The notes: generated from the sequence alone by a model not told the origin. Counted from the first letter of the stretch, positions 47,908-60,800 are shown. The stretch: DNA of 64,000 nt from Utricularia gibba (GCA_002189035.1 NEEC01000009.1:434001-498000), one strand, 5' to 3'. Program-made: numbers and translations.

Positions 47908-50221
47908 CCCCAAATCTTCATCTGTATTTCCCAAAATGCTCCGACACTGTAACAACAAAAAACACTCAAGCAACAGGCTATGCTACATACCCCATATTCT
48001 GGAAGATCTCAGCAGTGTATTGGGCAGGGTCTACCAGCTGTTAGAATGGCTGAACTCTTAGAGCCCAGCCCAACTCAATAAAAGACACATTCAGTTGGGC
48101 TGGATTTGAGATGATAAGCATGACTTTCCTGATCTTTTTGCCTCTGTTCCTACAGTAATGACAAAACAAAAATGGGAAGTGGCATGAGCTATCAGTCATT
48201 CTCTCACTTCTCACCTACCTCCGAGGTTGCTCCTCCCCCCTTGTTGGGATCATAAATTGCTAGTAAAGGGCTCGACCACCAAGAATTAACCAACACTCAT
48301 TTCCATAGCCGATGCATCCACCAACACTGATCCTCCCCCAAGGCTAAGAGGTCTCAATAGGAATAAGGGAACCCCATTGTGAACGATCCTCCCTTCTTCA
48401 CACATGCTCATTGTGTTCCATTGCTACCATAAGTCTTAAGACCCCACAGTCACACAGGAAGCCCAACTTTAGCTGTCTGTCTCTTGGAAGAATGAAGCTC
48501 CCATGTTTGGTGGGGCAGTTGGGCTGCTAATGGTGCAGTGGAATGTCACCAACAACCTTTCTCCCAGGGGCTGTGCCGTCCGAGTCGTCCACATCTCGCA
48601 AGCTACATGGTATTTGATACCACTAAGCTGCTAAGTCTTAGACTTACAAACGTGACCATGAACTGGGGTGGTTCAAACAGATGAAACGAAACCCTACTCA
48701 GCGTCTTGCTGGGGGTGATTATGAGGATCTGAGTCTTGTTGATACCTACCCTTCCTATTGAAGATGCCTTTGCTTTCAACAAGTTGCTCCATTCTTCTAG
48801 TGTCCTTGAGAAAGATGGAGTATGTTTTATTACCGGATTTAAAAAACAATTAATCCGTAAGTAGGGTAAGATATGTCTTGATTGATCAAATATAAGTACG
48901 ATATAAAATATTTTAATTTTATTCCATATAACAAAAACGAGATTTTAACATACATATTAATACTTCTCACCTAATACGATCAACCAAACACAATCAAAGA
49001 TAACATATAAGCATGTTGGGTTCCCCATCTTGCATCTTGGTGAATTGGGTGGCATCCCCCACTTGGTGGGAACTCCCACTTGCTCCTTCACTCCCCAATG
49101 CCAGTGAAATAGGATTGCACAGGGTTTGGTGAGTTACCCAACTCCCCTTCTCCCAAGTAACTTGAACTTAGAAGTTGCACCTCAACTACTAACTCATGTT
49201 GATGGTGTCGAAATGCGAGATTCGATGGATCGAGCGATGCATACAATACCGAGTACAAGGCAACTGAGGGACATAGATGACTTGAATCCAAATCAATTTA
49301 TCCCCCAATTTCAATCAACCCCATGAGTTGGTTTCAACATCACATTGTATATATAATACTTCAAAAACCCTAATTATTTTGTGATATGACATGTAGAAAT
49401 TGAATACTAGCTAGAGAATGAAAAGTAAGACTTCTCATCCTCATTTGTAAAACCCTAGAAACTCAAAAGCCACTTTTATCACATAGTTTCTCATAGATGT
49501 CCATTTTTCTAATATACTAGAAAATTATGTGTATTCTTTAAGGACTCATTGGAATGACATAGAACGTTATTTTACGTTAAATAATACATATTCATCATGT
49601 GTATTAGAAAATATTGATATTTAATATTATACATCTATATATCAAGTAGGTAATTTTTCATTTATGGTGAAACACACATCTATCTATCAAGTAGATTTAG
49701 TTAGTACTATGATAATGAAATATGATATTATTTTTTAATTTTTTTAAAAAAATTCTTTAATTATTTATATTTATATCTAAGACATGATAAATAAGTTAAT
49801 CATTTCTCAAATAATATTCTCTACAAATTACATTCATATTTCTTCAAATCACTCCTGTTTATGTTAATTAATCGCATTTGTATTTCTTACAGAGCAAATT
49901 AAAATATCCTACCAAACGAACCCTAAATAGGTCACGTTTTATTTGTAAAGAGCACACCAAATTGGATTAGAATGGATTAAAAGAAAAATAGTTATGTCTT
50001 AGAATTTGTGATGTGGAACCCTAAAATGGATTATTTTTTAAACACAGAAAATAAAAAGAGGGGAATGGAACCTGCTGGTTGGACTCAAACTACCATTCCA
50101 AGTCAACTCAACAAACTCTCACTCCTTGCACTTGCATTTCAACCGCCGTTACGGTTGTCCTCCCTTTCACTCCCTATAAAGGCATCCGCTTCCGTGAACG
50201 GGATCCTCCAAACTCCGCCAG

Positions 50222-51491
50222 ATGAAGAAGAATATCGACGACGTCGACCGGGAGAAGAAGCGCCGGTGGAGGGAGGGCGACGACGGAGACAAAGACAGAG
50301 ACAGAGACAGAGACGAATCGCAACCCGAGCGTGAGTCTTCTGGATCTCCTGCTTAATTAATAGCACCTTATAAACTGGTGGTGTATGAAAACTAGGGTTT
50401 GGTGGTGGCGCGAAGAAGCGGCAGCAGCATTTCTCTCCCGAAGAAGACGATCTCATACTCCGGCTGCACGCTCTCCTCGGCGATCGGTAAGTGAACCAAC
50501 ATCCGATGCCGTGTAGCTCCTTCTCTGTGCTGCTTTCAATGCATTTCCTTGAAGCTCCTCACACTTTTCTCTTCCTAAATTAAAAAAAAAAGTATCTGAA
50601 TTAAATTATATTAATTTATAATTATTTTCTTTTATAATTTATTTGGCTGGTAAATTAATTTACTTATTGGATGAGATTAAAATTATTTTTAATAAAGTAC
50701 ATATAAATACTTCATGAAATATATTGGAATTTTATTTTTTTATATCCTTTTTTAAAGGAAAAATAGATCTATACCAATATACTGTGGGGTAATAGCAAAT
50801 ATATGTAGTTTTTGAAATTCTTTTTAATAAATTCCAGTAAATAATAATCAAAGCATGTTTATTAAATTTTATTTTTTAATTGGACATTATTTCAAGGCAT
50901 TTAGAGCACACACCAATGGATGTATTACAAATTTAATCATCCTATTTTTAGTGTGAGATAAAATTGATCATTTTTAGTTAAATTTTTTTGATTGAATGCA
51001 ATGATAATGGACACACGTGGCATGTACGGGCTGCCACCTGGGTTTTTTTATTTTTTAATTTAAAAACTATATATATGCTGACCTAAGCACGTGTGGTTGT
51101 TTGCGCGTAGATGGGAGTTGATCGCCGGACGTCTGCCGGGAAGAGCCGCGGAAGAGGTGAGGAGCTACTGGAACTCCCACCTGAAGCATTGTGCTGCGTC
51201 GGTGTGTGAGGAGGCATCCTCTTCGGTCTCTCCGGCGCTCGCTGATCCTCGTAACGGCTCGAAACTCGCTTCTTATCGACGATGTTTGTTTACTTGCCTC
51301 GCGCCATGCTTGCAATTGCTTCTCTTCTGACAGCAAGATCACAGCCAGAGAACTATGAGCGTTCCACGGGAAGCGGAGGGGACGCGAAGAATGGTGGGCA
51401 AGAGGGAGACAGCCTCCGGAGCGACGAAGAAGATGCCGGCGCTTTTACTCCACCGCCGCCGTCTCCCTCGTCCTCGCTGTCCGGATCCTGA
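50222..51491 (+). CDS. Single-repeat R3-MYB with bHLH-interaction motif; join(50222-50330, 50396-50486, 51111-51250, 51334-51491)
   Basis: [43 protein letters not shown] matches [D/E]Lx2[R/K]x3Lx6Lx3R. No R2 repeat. TATAAA at 50175. All three introns are GT-AG and in phase. Confidence 0.85.
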
Positions 51492-52081
51492 GACGAACGA
51501 ATGAGGCCAGGCGCAATAAGAAGATGCATGACGCTGTTGTCATGCACACCGGCCCGGCGTTTCCCGCTTTAACCTCCTGCTGTAACTCTCTTTCTCCGCT
51601 TCTCTAAAAAAAGCAGTTGCAATCTCACCCCACATCTATGCATAACATGGTTAGGATTGCATGAGCCCTCATTCACAAATCCAGTCATTCCCAATTTTTT
51701 CACGCAGATATGAACGCGCCTGGCTTAGAGTGGTGCTCGTCGAGGCGTGTTCAGCCACGGGGGGAAGATGCAGGTCCGCCTTTCAGGTGAGATGGTTCGG
51801 TTTCCGCATGCCCAAAGGCCTGTTCATTCTGCAGAACCCAAGTTTTCTGCATGCATGTATCCTCAATGGAATAGTGAAAAGAGTCAAAGGAGGGAGGTGA
51901 AGCATTTTTCATTCTGCGGTGAAATTATCATAGTGAAGGAACTCATCAGTCACAAGGTACCTATACAGATATACTCAAGGACTGGACTGGCAGTTATGCA
52001 TATAGAGTTCCATTTCCCTGCAAGTATCCATCCACTTTCAGCAGTGGTTTGTTGCTAAGACGAGGAGCGGTTGTCCTTTAC

Positions 52082-53739
52082 TCAGAGATCAGATGAGGCG
52101 AGAGCAAGAGCATGCTTCTGCATGCGTTTCAAGCTAAGTTCCATGCTCATTCGCACCATCTCAGAAAATATTTCTTTTGGTCTGCAACACAATTCCTCCA
52201 TGTCAATTTGTGACACAATGTCACACAGGATGTGCTGGAATGCGTCCGGTTGAAGATCGGAGGCAGGACATGGAGTTTCTCTCAGAAGCCTCAGAAGCAG
52301 CTGGGCTTTGGCTCGAGATTTTGGTGTCCCTTGGACGGTTAACTCCAGAAGACCTGGTATTACGCCTTCTCCTAGTATTGGCTCCCTGTACTTGGAACGA
52401 TCACTCTGGCACAGGGTTAAGAGTGCCCCCACCGCATAACCTCGGTTCCGAAGTGACCTGCTCTCAAGGACCTCTACCACGGCTAGGATTCCTCCCTGTT
52501 CAGCTGTGAGAGCTGTTCGTGCTTCTTCAAACCCCATCAAGATTTCCACCAACGCAGTACATGTTCCAGCAGTCTTGGATGACTTTCGGGTGGACTTGAG
52601 AACATTAACCAAAGGAGGAATTGGTTCAGTTAGGAGGAGTTCTGCAAGATTCTCCTGGTGGGACGACAGATTGTAGAGCACCATGAGTGCATCCGACTTA
52701 GCTTGTGGAACTCCATGCCATAGAATTTGTACAAGGGGGGAATAACACCAGAAGCACCCATGATTGGCTTGTTGATAGGTGATGCTGAGAGAGTGATCAT
52801 AACTGAAACTGCTATTTCATCAACAGCCAGATTCCCAGAGAGAAGGAGATTCATAAGAGGCTTCATGGAGCCAGCGTTTACCACACTGGTCATATTCCTG
52901 CAAAATGCAGGACTTCGATCAGGCTTCACAGTTGAAGAATCGAATAGACACAAGTATTATGAGGTTCATTCCAGCCCAAATAGCGAGTCTAAAAACCGAC
53001 AAAACCAGAGAGCTCGTAGTGACAAACCCAGAAAAACAGCAAAAAGGAGAGCATAACAAATGACGATCCTTCAAGTAACTTCACGACAAAGTCTAAAGGA
53101 AAGAATAGTAGAAAGCAACATGAAAAAAAGCACCACGTGAAATCAACCACACCACCCAACTTTCCAAGTCATAGAATTCCATGCTCACAAAATTAATTCT
53201 AGAAATCGCAGGGATATGAGTTAATTCGAAGACGAGAAGGCGGAGTAACGTAACAAGCTCTCTTCCCAGCAACAAACTGAAAAAAAAAAGCTAATCTTTC
53301 TTTAATCCGAATCCCAAAATCCAGAGGAGCCATCACCAACCAAATACGATCACAAACCATGAAGCATCTTACGCTTCATCTTGCACAGCAAGATTGAGTA
53401 ACGCAGCAAGGGCGGCCATATTCGCACCAACGAGATGCTCTGTAGCGGCAGAGAAATGCCTTCTCCGCGACGCCTTGGCCATCCGTCGCATCTTCTTTGC
53501 TGCTTGCAGGTTCAAATCGAGGTTTGCGGAACGAAGCATAGTGAGAATCCGGCTGACGGAAGAAATCCTACACGAGGACAGGATATGGGTGGGAGCTGCA
53601 ATATCACCGACGATATCGCCGTTGCTGTCTTCAATTTCAAAATTTTTTCCCTCTGGAGAGTGACAGTGAGCGAGGACAGGGACAGAAACGTAAGCTTGAA
53701 AGATGCTGCGTTCGATGTTCAACTCTCTCCTGCCTCCAT
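52082..53739 (-). pseudogene. ARM-repeat protein (U-box-less PUB4-like), degenerate; intron 53372-52898
   Basis: ALLNLAVQDE; ITLSASPINKPIMGASGVIP; GGILAVVEVLE...AVGALLTLCQSDRSKYREPILGEGVIPGLLELTVQGTPKS. Frameshift at the G6 run 52735-52740, no in-frame ATG before 53539, shortened first repeat. It could still be a diverged functional gene if the frameshift is an error. Confidence 0.7.
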
Positions 53740-53783
53740 TTGCCTTCCTTTTCTTTCATTTTCTTTCCCTTTCGCCAGTTAAA

Positions 53784-54090
53784 TCAAGATGGACTCATGG
53801 ACCAGCCCTGCCACTTCAGTGCCTCGTTACAAACCACACATTTCTTCGAATGGAAGAATGCAAAGTTGACGGTAAAGGACGGTGAGCCCGGATCGGGGCG
53901 TTTTGATTGTAAAACTCCAACTAACTTCATACACGAATGAGTACGAGACCGTAGAGTCGAATGTACAGGCTTGTCAGTGACGATATGCTTTCCGACCGGG
54001 AAGCCCACTCCTATTCCAGATCGCCGGCGTAGGCCAGGGAGCCTCCGCCCAGGATCCGTGATGCGACGCGGCACTCACTCTTCCTGCCAT
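53784..54090 (-). pseudogene. NDUFB8: 5' fragment of complex I subunit NDUFB8 (ASHI), frameshifted
   Basis: MAGRVS / RVASRILGGG / LRRRSGIGVGFPVGKHIVTDKPV lie in three different frames. They match plant NDUFB8 MAGRLS.VASRIMGG...LR.R.GMGLPVGKHIVPDKPL as recalled. A degenerate NEALKWQG follows; the C-terminal half is absent. Confidence 0.75.
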
Positions 54091-54145
54091 TCAATTCAAC
54101 AGACCGTTTCGATATCTCCCCACGAGTTGCGTGAGGTGTAACTGT

Positions 54146-54202
54146 TGGGCCTCGCCGTATTTCATGGGCCCAATATTAATGGGCCCTTCGCCTTCGGTAT
54201 AA
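54146..54202 (-). promoter_or_regulatory. Site II (GGCCCA/TGGGCC) cluster upstream of the NDUFB8 remnant
   Basis: TGGGCC at ~54146, ~54165 and ~54180, 55-100 bp upstream of the ATG. Confidence 0.6.
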
Positions 54203-55049
54203 ATGCATATATTTATGTGATTTATGGATTAAGAGGATAAATTAATGTTTTCAGATGGAACCTCTCATAATTAGTGCTTAAATCTATTAGCATAATTGTT
54301 CTCCATTATTACCAATATTAGAAATGTTTTAATCTATAACGTTTGACATATCGAGCAAAATTAAATCAATATTTTGGAAAATTTTTGGAGTTTATTTTTA
54401 TTTTAAAATACTATCAATTATAAAATTAATTCTATCAAAATTAATTTTAAAATTAAACTACCAAAATTACTTTTGAATAAGTAAAAAATAACCTACTTTT
54501 ACATCATATGTCTATTTTTTAACTAATAAAGTTTTATAGAGTACTTAAAATTCATTTTTATTTCTGTTTTTCTAAATTAATTTTGAAAAAATAGAAATGT
54601 ATTCTTAAAATTTTCCAAAACACTGCTTAATTCTCAATATTTTCTAATTCTAATATAACTAGTTCTCAATATTGAAAAACTAAATATACATAATATCCAT
54701 TTTTTCAACTTAATTCCTAAGCTAAACTAACACCATACATTCTTCTAAGTTAAAATAACATTACATATTCTTAACTATTTTCTATAATAAAAAATTAATC
54801 TCATAATCAAATCCAAATTTTTTCTAAGTTGACTTCCACGGTCGTTGATAACCACCATCCATTATGTAACGCCAACCATCATCCACAATCATTGGAGGTT
54901 GTCACGGATTGAGATATGAAAGTTAGGGGTTTGGTTTCGTAGTTTCCGGTTGGGTGTTGCTCATTAAGTGGGATTTGTTTAAATCAATTGTGTTTCTTGG
55001 TTCACTTTTGCTTGGTTGCATTATATTATTTTAGTGTTTGTAGGGAATT

Positions 55050-55530
55050 TTGATGGAGTTAAGTTCAAGTTCCAATCTTTCCACCCCAACCATGCTATCA
55101 CAGATTGTTCCACTAAAGATGACGACCACTAACTTAGTAATTTGGCAAAACTTTATACACAATTACATTTCAAGCCAACATTGTGTTGGGTTATATGGAT
55201 GGTTCCCGGTTCAACCATTTCGTATCATTTTCCAAGGTTGTGAAGGAGATAAGGGTCACTGATATTAATCCTAAATGTTATGATTGGTTGGTTAATGATG
55301 CGCAGGTTGTTACTTGGATTAAATCCACCCTTTTCGATGAAGTTTTGGATGTGAATGTTGGCATAGAGTTATGGATAATATGTACATGGCTCAAACTGAG
55401 GCAAGTGTCATTCAGTTAAAACGCTCTTTGATGACTCGCAAGCAAGGGGATAATTTGATTTTTCAGTTTCATAATGAAATGCAATCCTTGGGTGATCAAT
55501 TAGCTATTATTGATGAAGCTAGTTTTATGG
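55050..55530 (+). mobile_element. Degenerate Ty1/copia gag fragment (Ale/Retrofit-like)
   Basis: IVPLKMTTTNLVIWQ...LGYMDGS...NPKCYDWLVNDAQVVTWIKSTL...SVIQLKRSLM...QSLGDQLA, across frameshifts. No LTR identified. Confidence 0.75.
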
Positions 55531-56944
55531 GTGGTTGAGACTTGACCATCATATGTCATGACTCTTGGGCCCTGGGCATGGGTCATGACAATGTGGTATA
55601 TTCTAAGGTTCCTTGGTTGATCACTTAAAGGAGGGATAAAGACAATTGAGCAGAGTTTTTATGTGTGTTAAATCATTAGGAGGTGTCATTTACATATGTG
55701 TGCCATATGTTTGCAAGATGTTTAGAAAAGCAACTCATAGGGAAGAGTTAGTAAGTACCATGGTGTCCAAGGAACCAACCAAGAAGTCTCAAGAACTAGA
55801 AACAATGACAAGGGCATCAGTACGGATTAGAGGTAAAGAAACCATGTGAGAGCTAGTGCAAAATTTGTATGCAACTAAGACAAACCTTACCAATGTATGT
55901 GCTAATATCATGAGGAACAATGTAGGAAATTCAGACAAAGTAGTTGCTAGTAATGAGGTTGGCTTGTCAACATGTTAAGTAAGCAAAGAATTATCATACC
56001 ACATTCTAAATTAATTTTTAGCTTTAATAGTATACACGAATTATTCTATTTGATTTTTATATTCAATATTATGAGTATGAATCACACCTAGGCAATCACT
56101 AGAGTTTTTCTAAGGAAAACGTTGTCTGAAACCCATATTCATTATCAAAGTATAATGCTTGTATGTCCATTGTTATGGCAGATCTTGTTTAATTACTCTT
56201 TTAATAATTACATATAATATTCAACAAAGTAAAAAAGCATTTTTATATGGAGTACATTGTTAACCAAATGGTTTGACAACGAATCAATTTTGCGGAAAAT
56301 GTGAGGAACCCTTTCAAGTTGGCTCTAATTATCTTAATGACGTATAAATTAAAAAGTACAGTGAAATTATGATAATCATCTCTATGTTTGAGATTGGTCC
56401 TACACATAGGGTTATCTACATATTCAATATCTCTAATAAACCATGATTTTATCAGAGTTTCTAAATTTCACATAACCATGCGTAACAAATTCATCATTAT
56501 TTCAAGTCTAATATTATTAGATCATCTCTAATTAAAGACCTAATTGTTGTCATCATTAAAATATGCCATAGCTTTAATAAACCTCACATAAGATTATCAA
56601 TAAGTTGTATTCAATGAAGACATTTGTTGCTACATACTTAAATGATTTTAAATCCTTACGAGATGAAATCGAGTGAAATGATACTTACTTTTTATTAGTA
56701 TTTGATCTCAAAATATTTGGTGAATGTGTCATTCTAAATGAGATACAATGATTATGACATACAAACAAATGGACTTAGATCCTAAACCCTAGAGAATCAA
56801 CACTAGACCAATGGATTAAAGGATCTAATTGTATCCCAAAACATACAATATTCGTCATATGTATTGACCAATAGTATGACTTCAAGTAACTTGTAATTAT
56901 GTATAGTTTCTTTATATTTTAATTAGTGTAATTATTAATTAAAT

Positions 56945-56948
<4 letters not shown>

Positions 56949-56989
<41 letters not shown>

Positions 56990-57000
56990 TTTTGTATTTG

Positions 57001-57044
<44 letters not shown>
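56949..57044. repeat. Compound (TA)n microsatellites (56949-56987, 57004-57044)
   Basis: Seen directly. Confidence 0.95.
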
Positions 57045-57048
<4 letters not shown>

Positions 57049-57060
57049 TATTATAAAATA

Positions 57061-57130
57061 AAATTATTTATTTTTATTATATGAAATATGATATAAAATT
57101 ATTTATTTTTATTATATGAAATATGATATA
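57061..57130. repeat. 35-bp perfect tandem duplication
   Basis: AAATTATTTATTTTTATTATATGAAATATGATATA twice. Confidence 0.9.
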
Positions 57131-57878
57131 AAATAATAGACAAAATAGGGTTACTTAGTTAAAAAATAATTAAAATAAAATTATTCTTCTAATGTTAATA
57201 AAATAAGATTATTCTACAAATAATAATTTTACAGAGCGCTAATTATAATTTCTCAGCCGGTATATAGGATTAAAATGAAGAGTTTGCCAGCACGTGAGCC
57301 ACGGAAAGGCACGGCCGCAGGCGCAGCGTAATGTTGCGTGAATTTACTGTTTTGTGCATTGCGTTTAGTACCATCCCGCTTCCTGCCCAGCCTATATTTG
57401 GCAATTCACGGCCTTTAGATGAATGTCGCGGGGCAGGAGCATTTGTCGGGTAGACCCGGGCCCACTCAGAAAACTGCTTAAAATATTAAAAAAAACAACG
57501 ATATCGGTTCAATATATTTATTATTTTGAGGAATATTTAATAATGATGATATATATAATTATTAAAGAGATTTTTTAATATTCGATATAATGGATGGGGG
57601 CCCACCGTATCGTCTTGCTTACCCATTTCGTTAAATAAATAAATGAATAAATAAAAACCTACCCTTCTCTCTCTCTCTTTCCCTCTCTCTCACACTCGCA
57701 GTCACAGGGTGGAGGAAGCCGTTCGTACTCCAGCTGCATATACATACAGGAGATAACAGCTCATCTTCCTCCCCCTTTTTTTCCACAAATATAAACCCTA
57801 ATTTCTCTGTTTTCTTAACTGTTTTCACTCCTAGATGCCTAATTCATAGGGCCCAGCAGCCGCCACTGCTCGAAGCCG

Positions 57879-60800
57879 ATGGCGCCAATGGCCAGCGCTC
57901 CGACGCTCCGTCGCTGGGTAACCGCCATTTTTGTACTTATTGTTCTCCGACTCACCAGGGTTTCGGCCTCCGTGGAGGAAGTTCGATCACTGCTTGAGTT
58001 CAGGAGGGGTATAAAATCGGATCCCTCCAATGTGGTTTTTTCCAGTTGGGTATTGCCAGGCAACGCATCTGCCTGCCCTGAAACCTTCCATGGTGTTGTC
58101 TGTGAACCGCAAACGGAGTCTGTGGTTTCCATTTCCCTTGACCGCCTAGGACTGGTAGGAGAACTCAAATTCAGTACTCTTACGTCGCTGAAGTTTCTGC
58201 GGAATCTAACCCTTGCTGGGAATGCGTTGAGTGGTCGTCTTGTTCCGTTGATGAGGCTTATGATGTCTCTTGAAGTAATTGATCTATCGGGTAACCAGTT
58301 TTATGGCCCGATTCCTGCCAGCTTTAATGATATTTGGGCCCTGCGTTATGTTAATTTGTCCAACAATTATCTGTCTGGAGGATTCCCTGATGGGATTCGT
58401 AATCTGCAGCAGTTGAAAGTGTTGGATTTGCACTCAAATATGCTAGAAGGCGACATTCGGGAACTCATTCCCCAGCTGAGGAATGTGGAGTACTTGGATT
58501 TGAGTAGCAATAGCTTCTCTGGGTTGATGGAAATGAGTGTGGAGAACGTCTCAAGCTTAGCCAACACCGTGCAGTATGTAAATTTGAGCGGGAATGATCT
58601 GGGAGGGCAACTTTGGGATTCAGATGCAATGAAATTGTTTCGAAACTTGAAGGTTTTGGACTTGGGGAATAACAAGATCACGGGTGAACTTCCAGATTTC
58701 GGGCATTTACCAAATCTCCAAGTGCTGCGTCTTGGACATAATCAACTGTTTGGGCGGCCCCCTTTGGGACTCCTGCAGGGAGCCACCCCGTTGGTGGAAT
58801 TGGATATCAGTGATAATGGATTTTCTGGTGACTTTTTTATTTTTTTTATGTGTTTTTCTTCTTTTCCCTTTGGATTAGACTACATGTTAGTGTTCTCTTG
58901 TTCAATGCGATGATTATGCGGATGCTTGTTCTGAGTTATGGGTGAAATTCTGATTTTTTCTATTCATATTTCAGATACTCTTCCTGAAGTTGGCTCATCC
59001 ACATTGGTTACTCTCAACCTATCGTCGAACTCCATGTCAGGCTCATTACCACGTTCACTGGGGCCTGTGTGGTGGTTGATCTTAGTAGAAATTTGCTAAG
59101 AGGTGACTTGTCTGCTCTCGTGGATTGGAATTCCAACCTGGAAGTTCTGGATTTGAGCTTCAATGACTTTACTGGGAATATTCCCAGTTTAACGCATTTC
59201 TCAAAGCTGACTCAGCTGAGTCTTAGAAATAATTCACTAGGGGGAGCATTGCCTTCGAATTTGGGATCCCTGGAAAAACTCAGTTCAGTTGATTTGAGCT
59301 CGAACACATTTGATGGGCCAATCCCGGAGAGCTTCTTTACTTCCATGACAATTATGCATCTAAACTTGTCTGGGAATCATCTTTCTGGAACCATCCCTCT
59401 TGGTGGCTCGCATGCTACTGAGTTTCTGGCTCTTCCTCCTATTCCGCCCTTGGAGTCACTAGATATTTCAAGAAATGCTTTGACTGGTGGTTTGGCATCT
59501 GAAATTGGCAACTGGCAGAGGCTCAGGTTACTGAATCTTGCTACAAACCGTCTATCTGGATCATTGCCTCCTGAATTAAGCAAGCTCACTCTCTTGGAAT
59601 ATCTGGATTTATCACATAACGACTTTAGTGGTCAAATTCCTGAAAGATTGCCTCAGACTCTCTCTTTCCTAGACATGGCTTACAATAATTTTTCAGGAGT
59701 GGTGCCTGATAGATTAAAAGGTTTCCCTGCTTCTTCGTTCTCACCTGGAAATGACGGACTGGGGCACCACCATTCTTCTCCAACTGGTAATGTTGATGTT
59801 TCAAGCCATGATGTAGATGGAGGATATCATCGCAGTTCTAGATCCAGCATCACAAAAGCTATTATCATTTCATGTACGGCAACTGCTTTGTTGCTTGCCG
59901 TTGTTCTGTTTGCTTATATCAGATCACCAATTCACAATTTCCATCTACGACCCAGCGTCCATGGTCAAAATGTCGATGGAGATGCCAATATTGGGACATT
60001 TGGCAGGCACTCAATTTTTGGTTTTGCTGGTAGTAGCAATGAGCATCCTCCAACTTCCTTAAGCTTTTCCAATGACCATTTACTGACATCAAACTCGAGG
60101 TCATTGTCGGGACCTATGGAGTCTGGCATGGAGACTGTTGAGCATGTTCTGCCTGAGCGAATGGCTGCTGCTGCTGCAGTGAATCGTGGTCAAGTTGACA
60201 ATCAGCCAACAACATCTGGAAGGAAATCTCCTCCAGGATCTCCTAATTTCTTAGGCGTTGAGCAGCCTGCCACGTTGGATGTGTATTCACCTGATCGGTT
60301 AGCTGGTGAACTACTGTTCTTGGACGGCTCACTAAAATTCTCGGTTGAGGAATTATCTCATGCTCCAGCAGAAGTCCTGGGTAGAAGTAGCCATGGCACT
60401 TTGTACAAAGCCACCCTAGATAATGGGCAATTGCTGACTGTGAAGTGGTTGAGGGTTGGCTTGGTGAAGAACAAGAAGGATTTTGCGAAGGAAGTGAGAA
60501 GGATTGGGTCTGTTCAGCATCCAAATTTAGTTCCCTTGCGTGCCTATTACTGGGGACCAAGGGAGCAGGAACGGCTTATTCTAGCAGACTATGTCTTTGG
60601 CGATAGCTTGGCTTTGCATCTCCATGGTAAGATGCCCTCTTGCATACTGTGTGTTAACCTTTAAGACATGTAATCTCAATTCCCTGGTGTGATTCTGCAG
60701 AGACTACCCCTAGGAGGCATGCCCCTCTATCCTTCAACCAAAGATTGAGAATTGCGGTTGATGTTGCTCGTGCACTTTCTGTGTTGCATGATAGAGGACT

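Noticed and set aside
48425-48450. TAAGACCCCA resembling the tasiR-ARF of TAS3
   Set aside because: Only a 10-nt match; the TTCTTGACCTTG part and both miR390 sites are absent.
49015-49080. GGGTTCCCC...GGGAACTC fold-back resembling MIR395
   Set aside because: Only the terminal ~9 nt resemble miR395; the CTGAAGTGTT 5' half is missing and the stem is poor.
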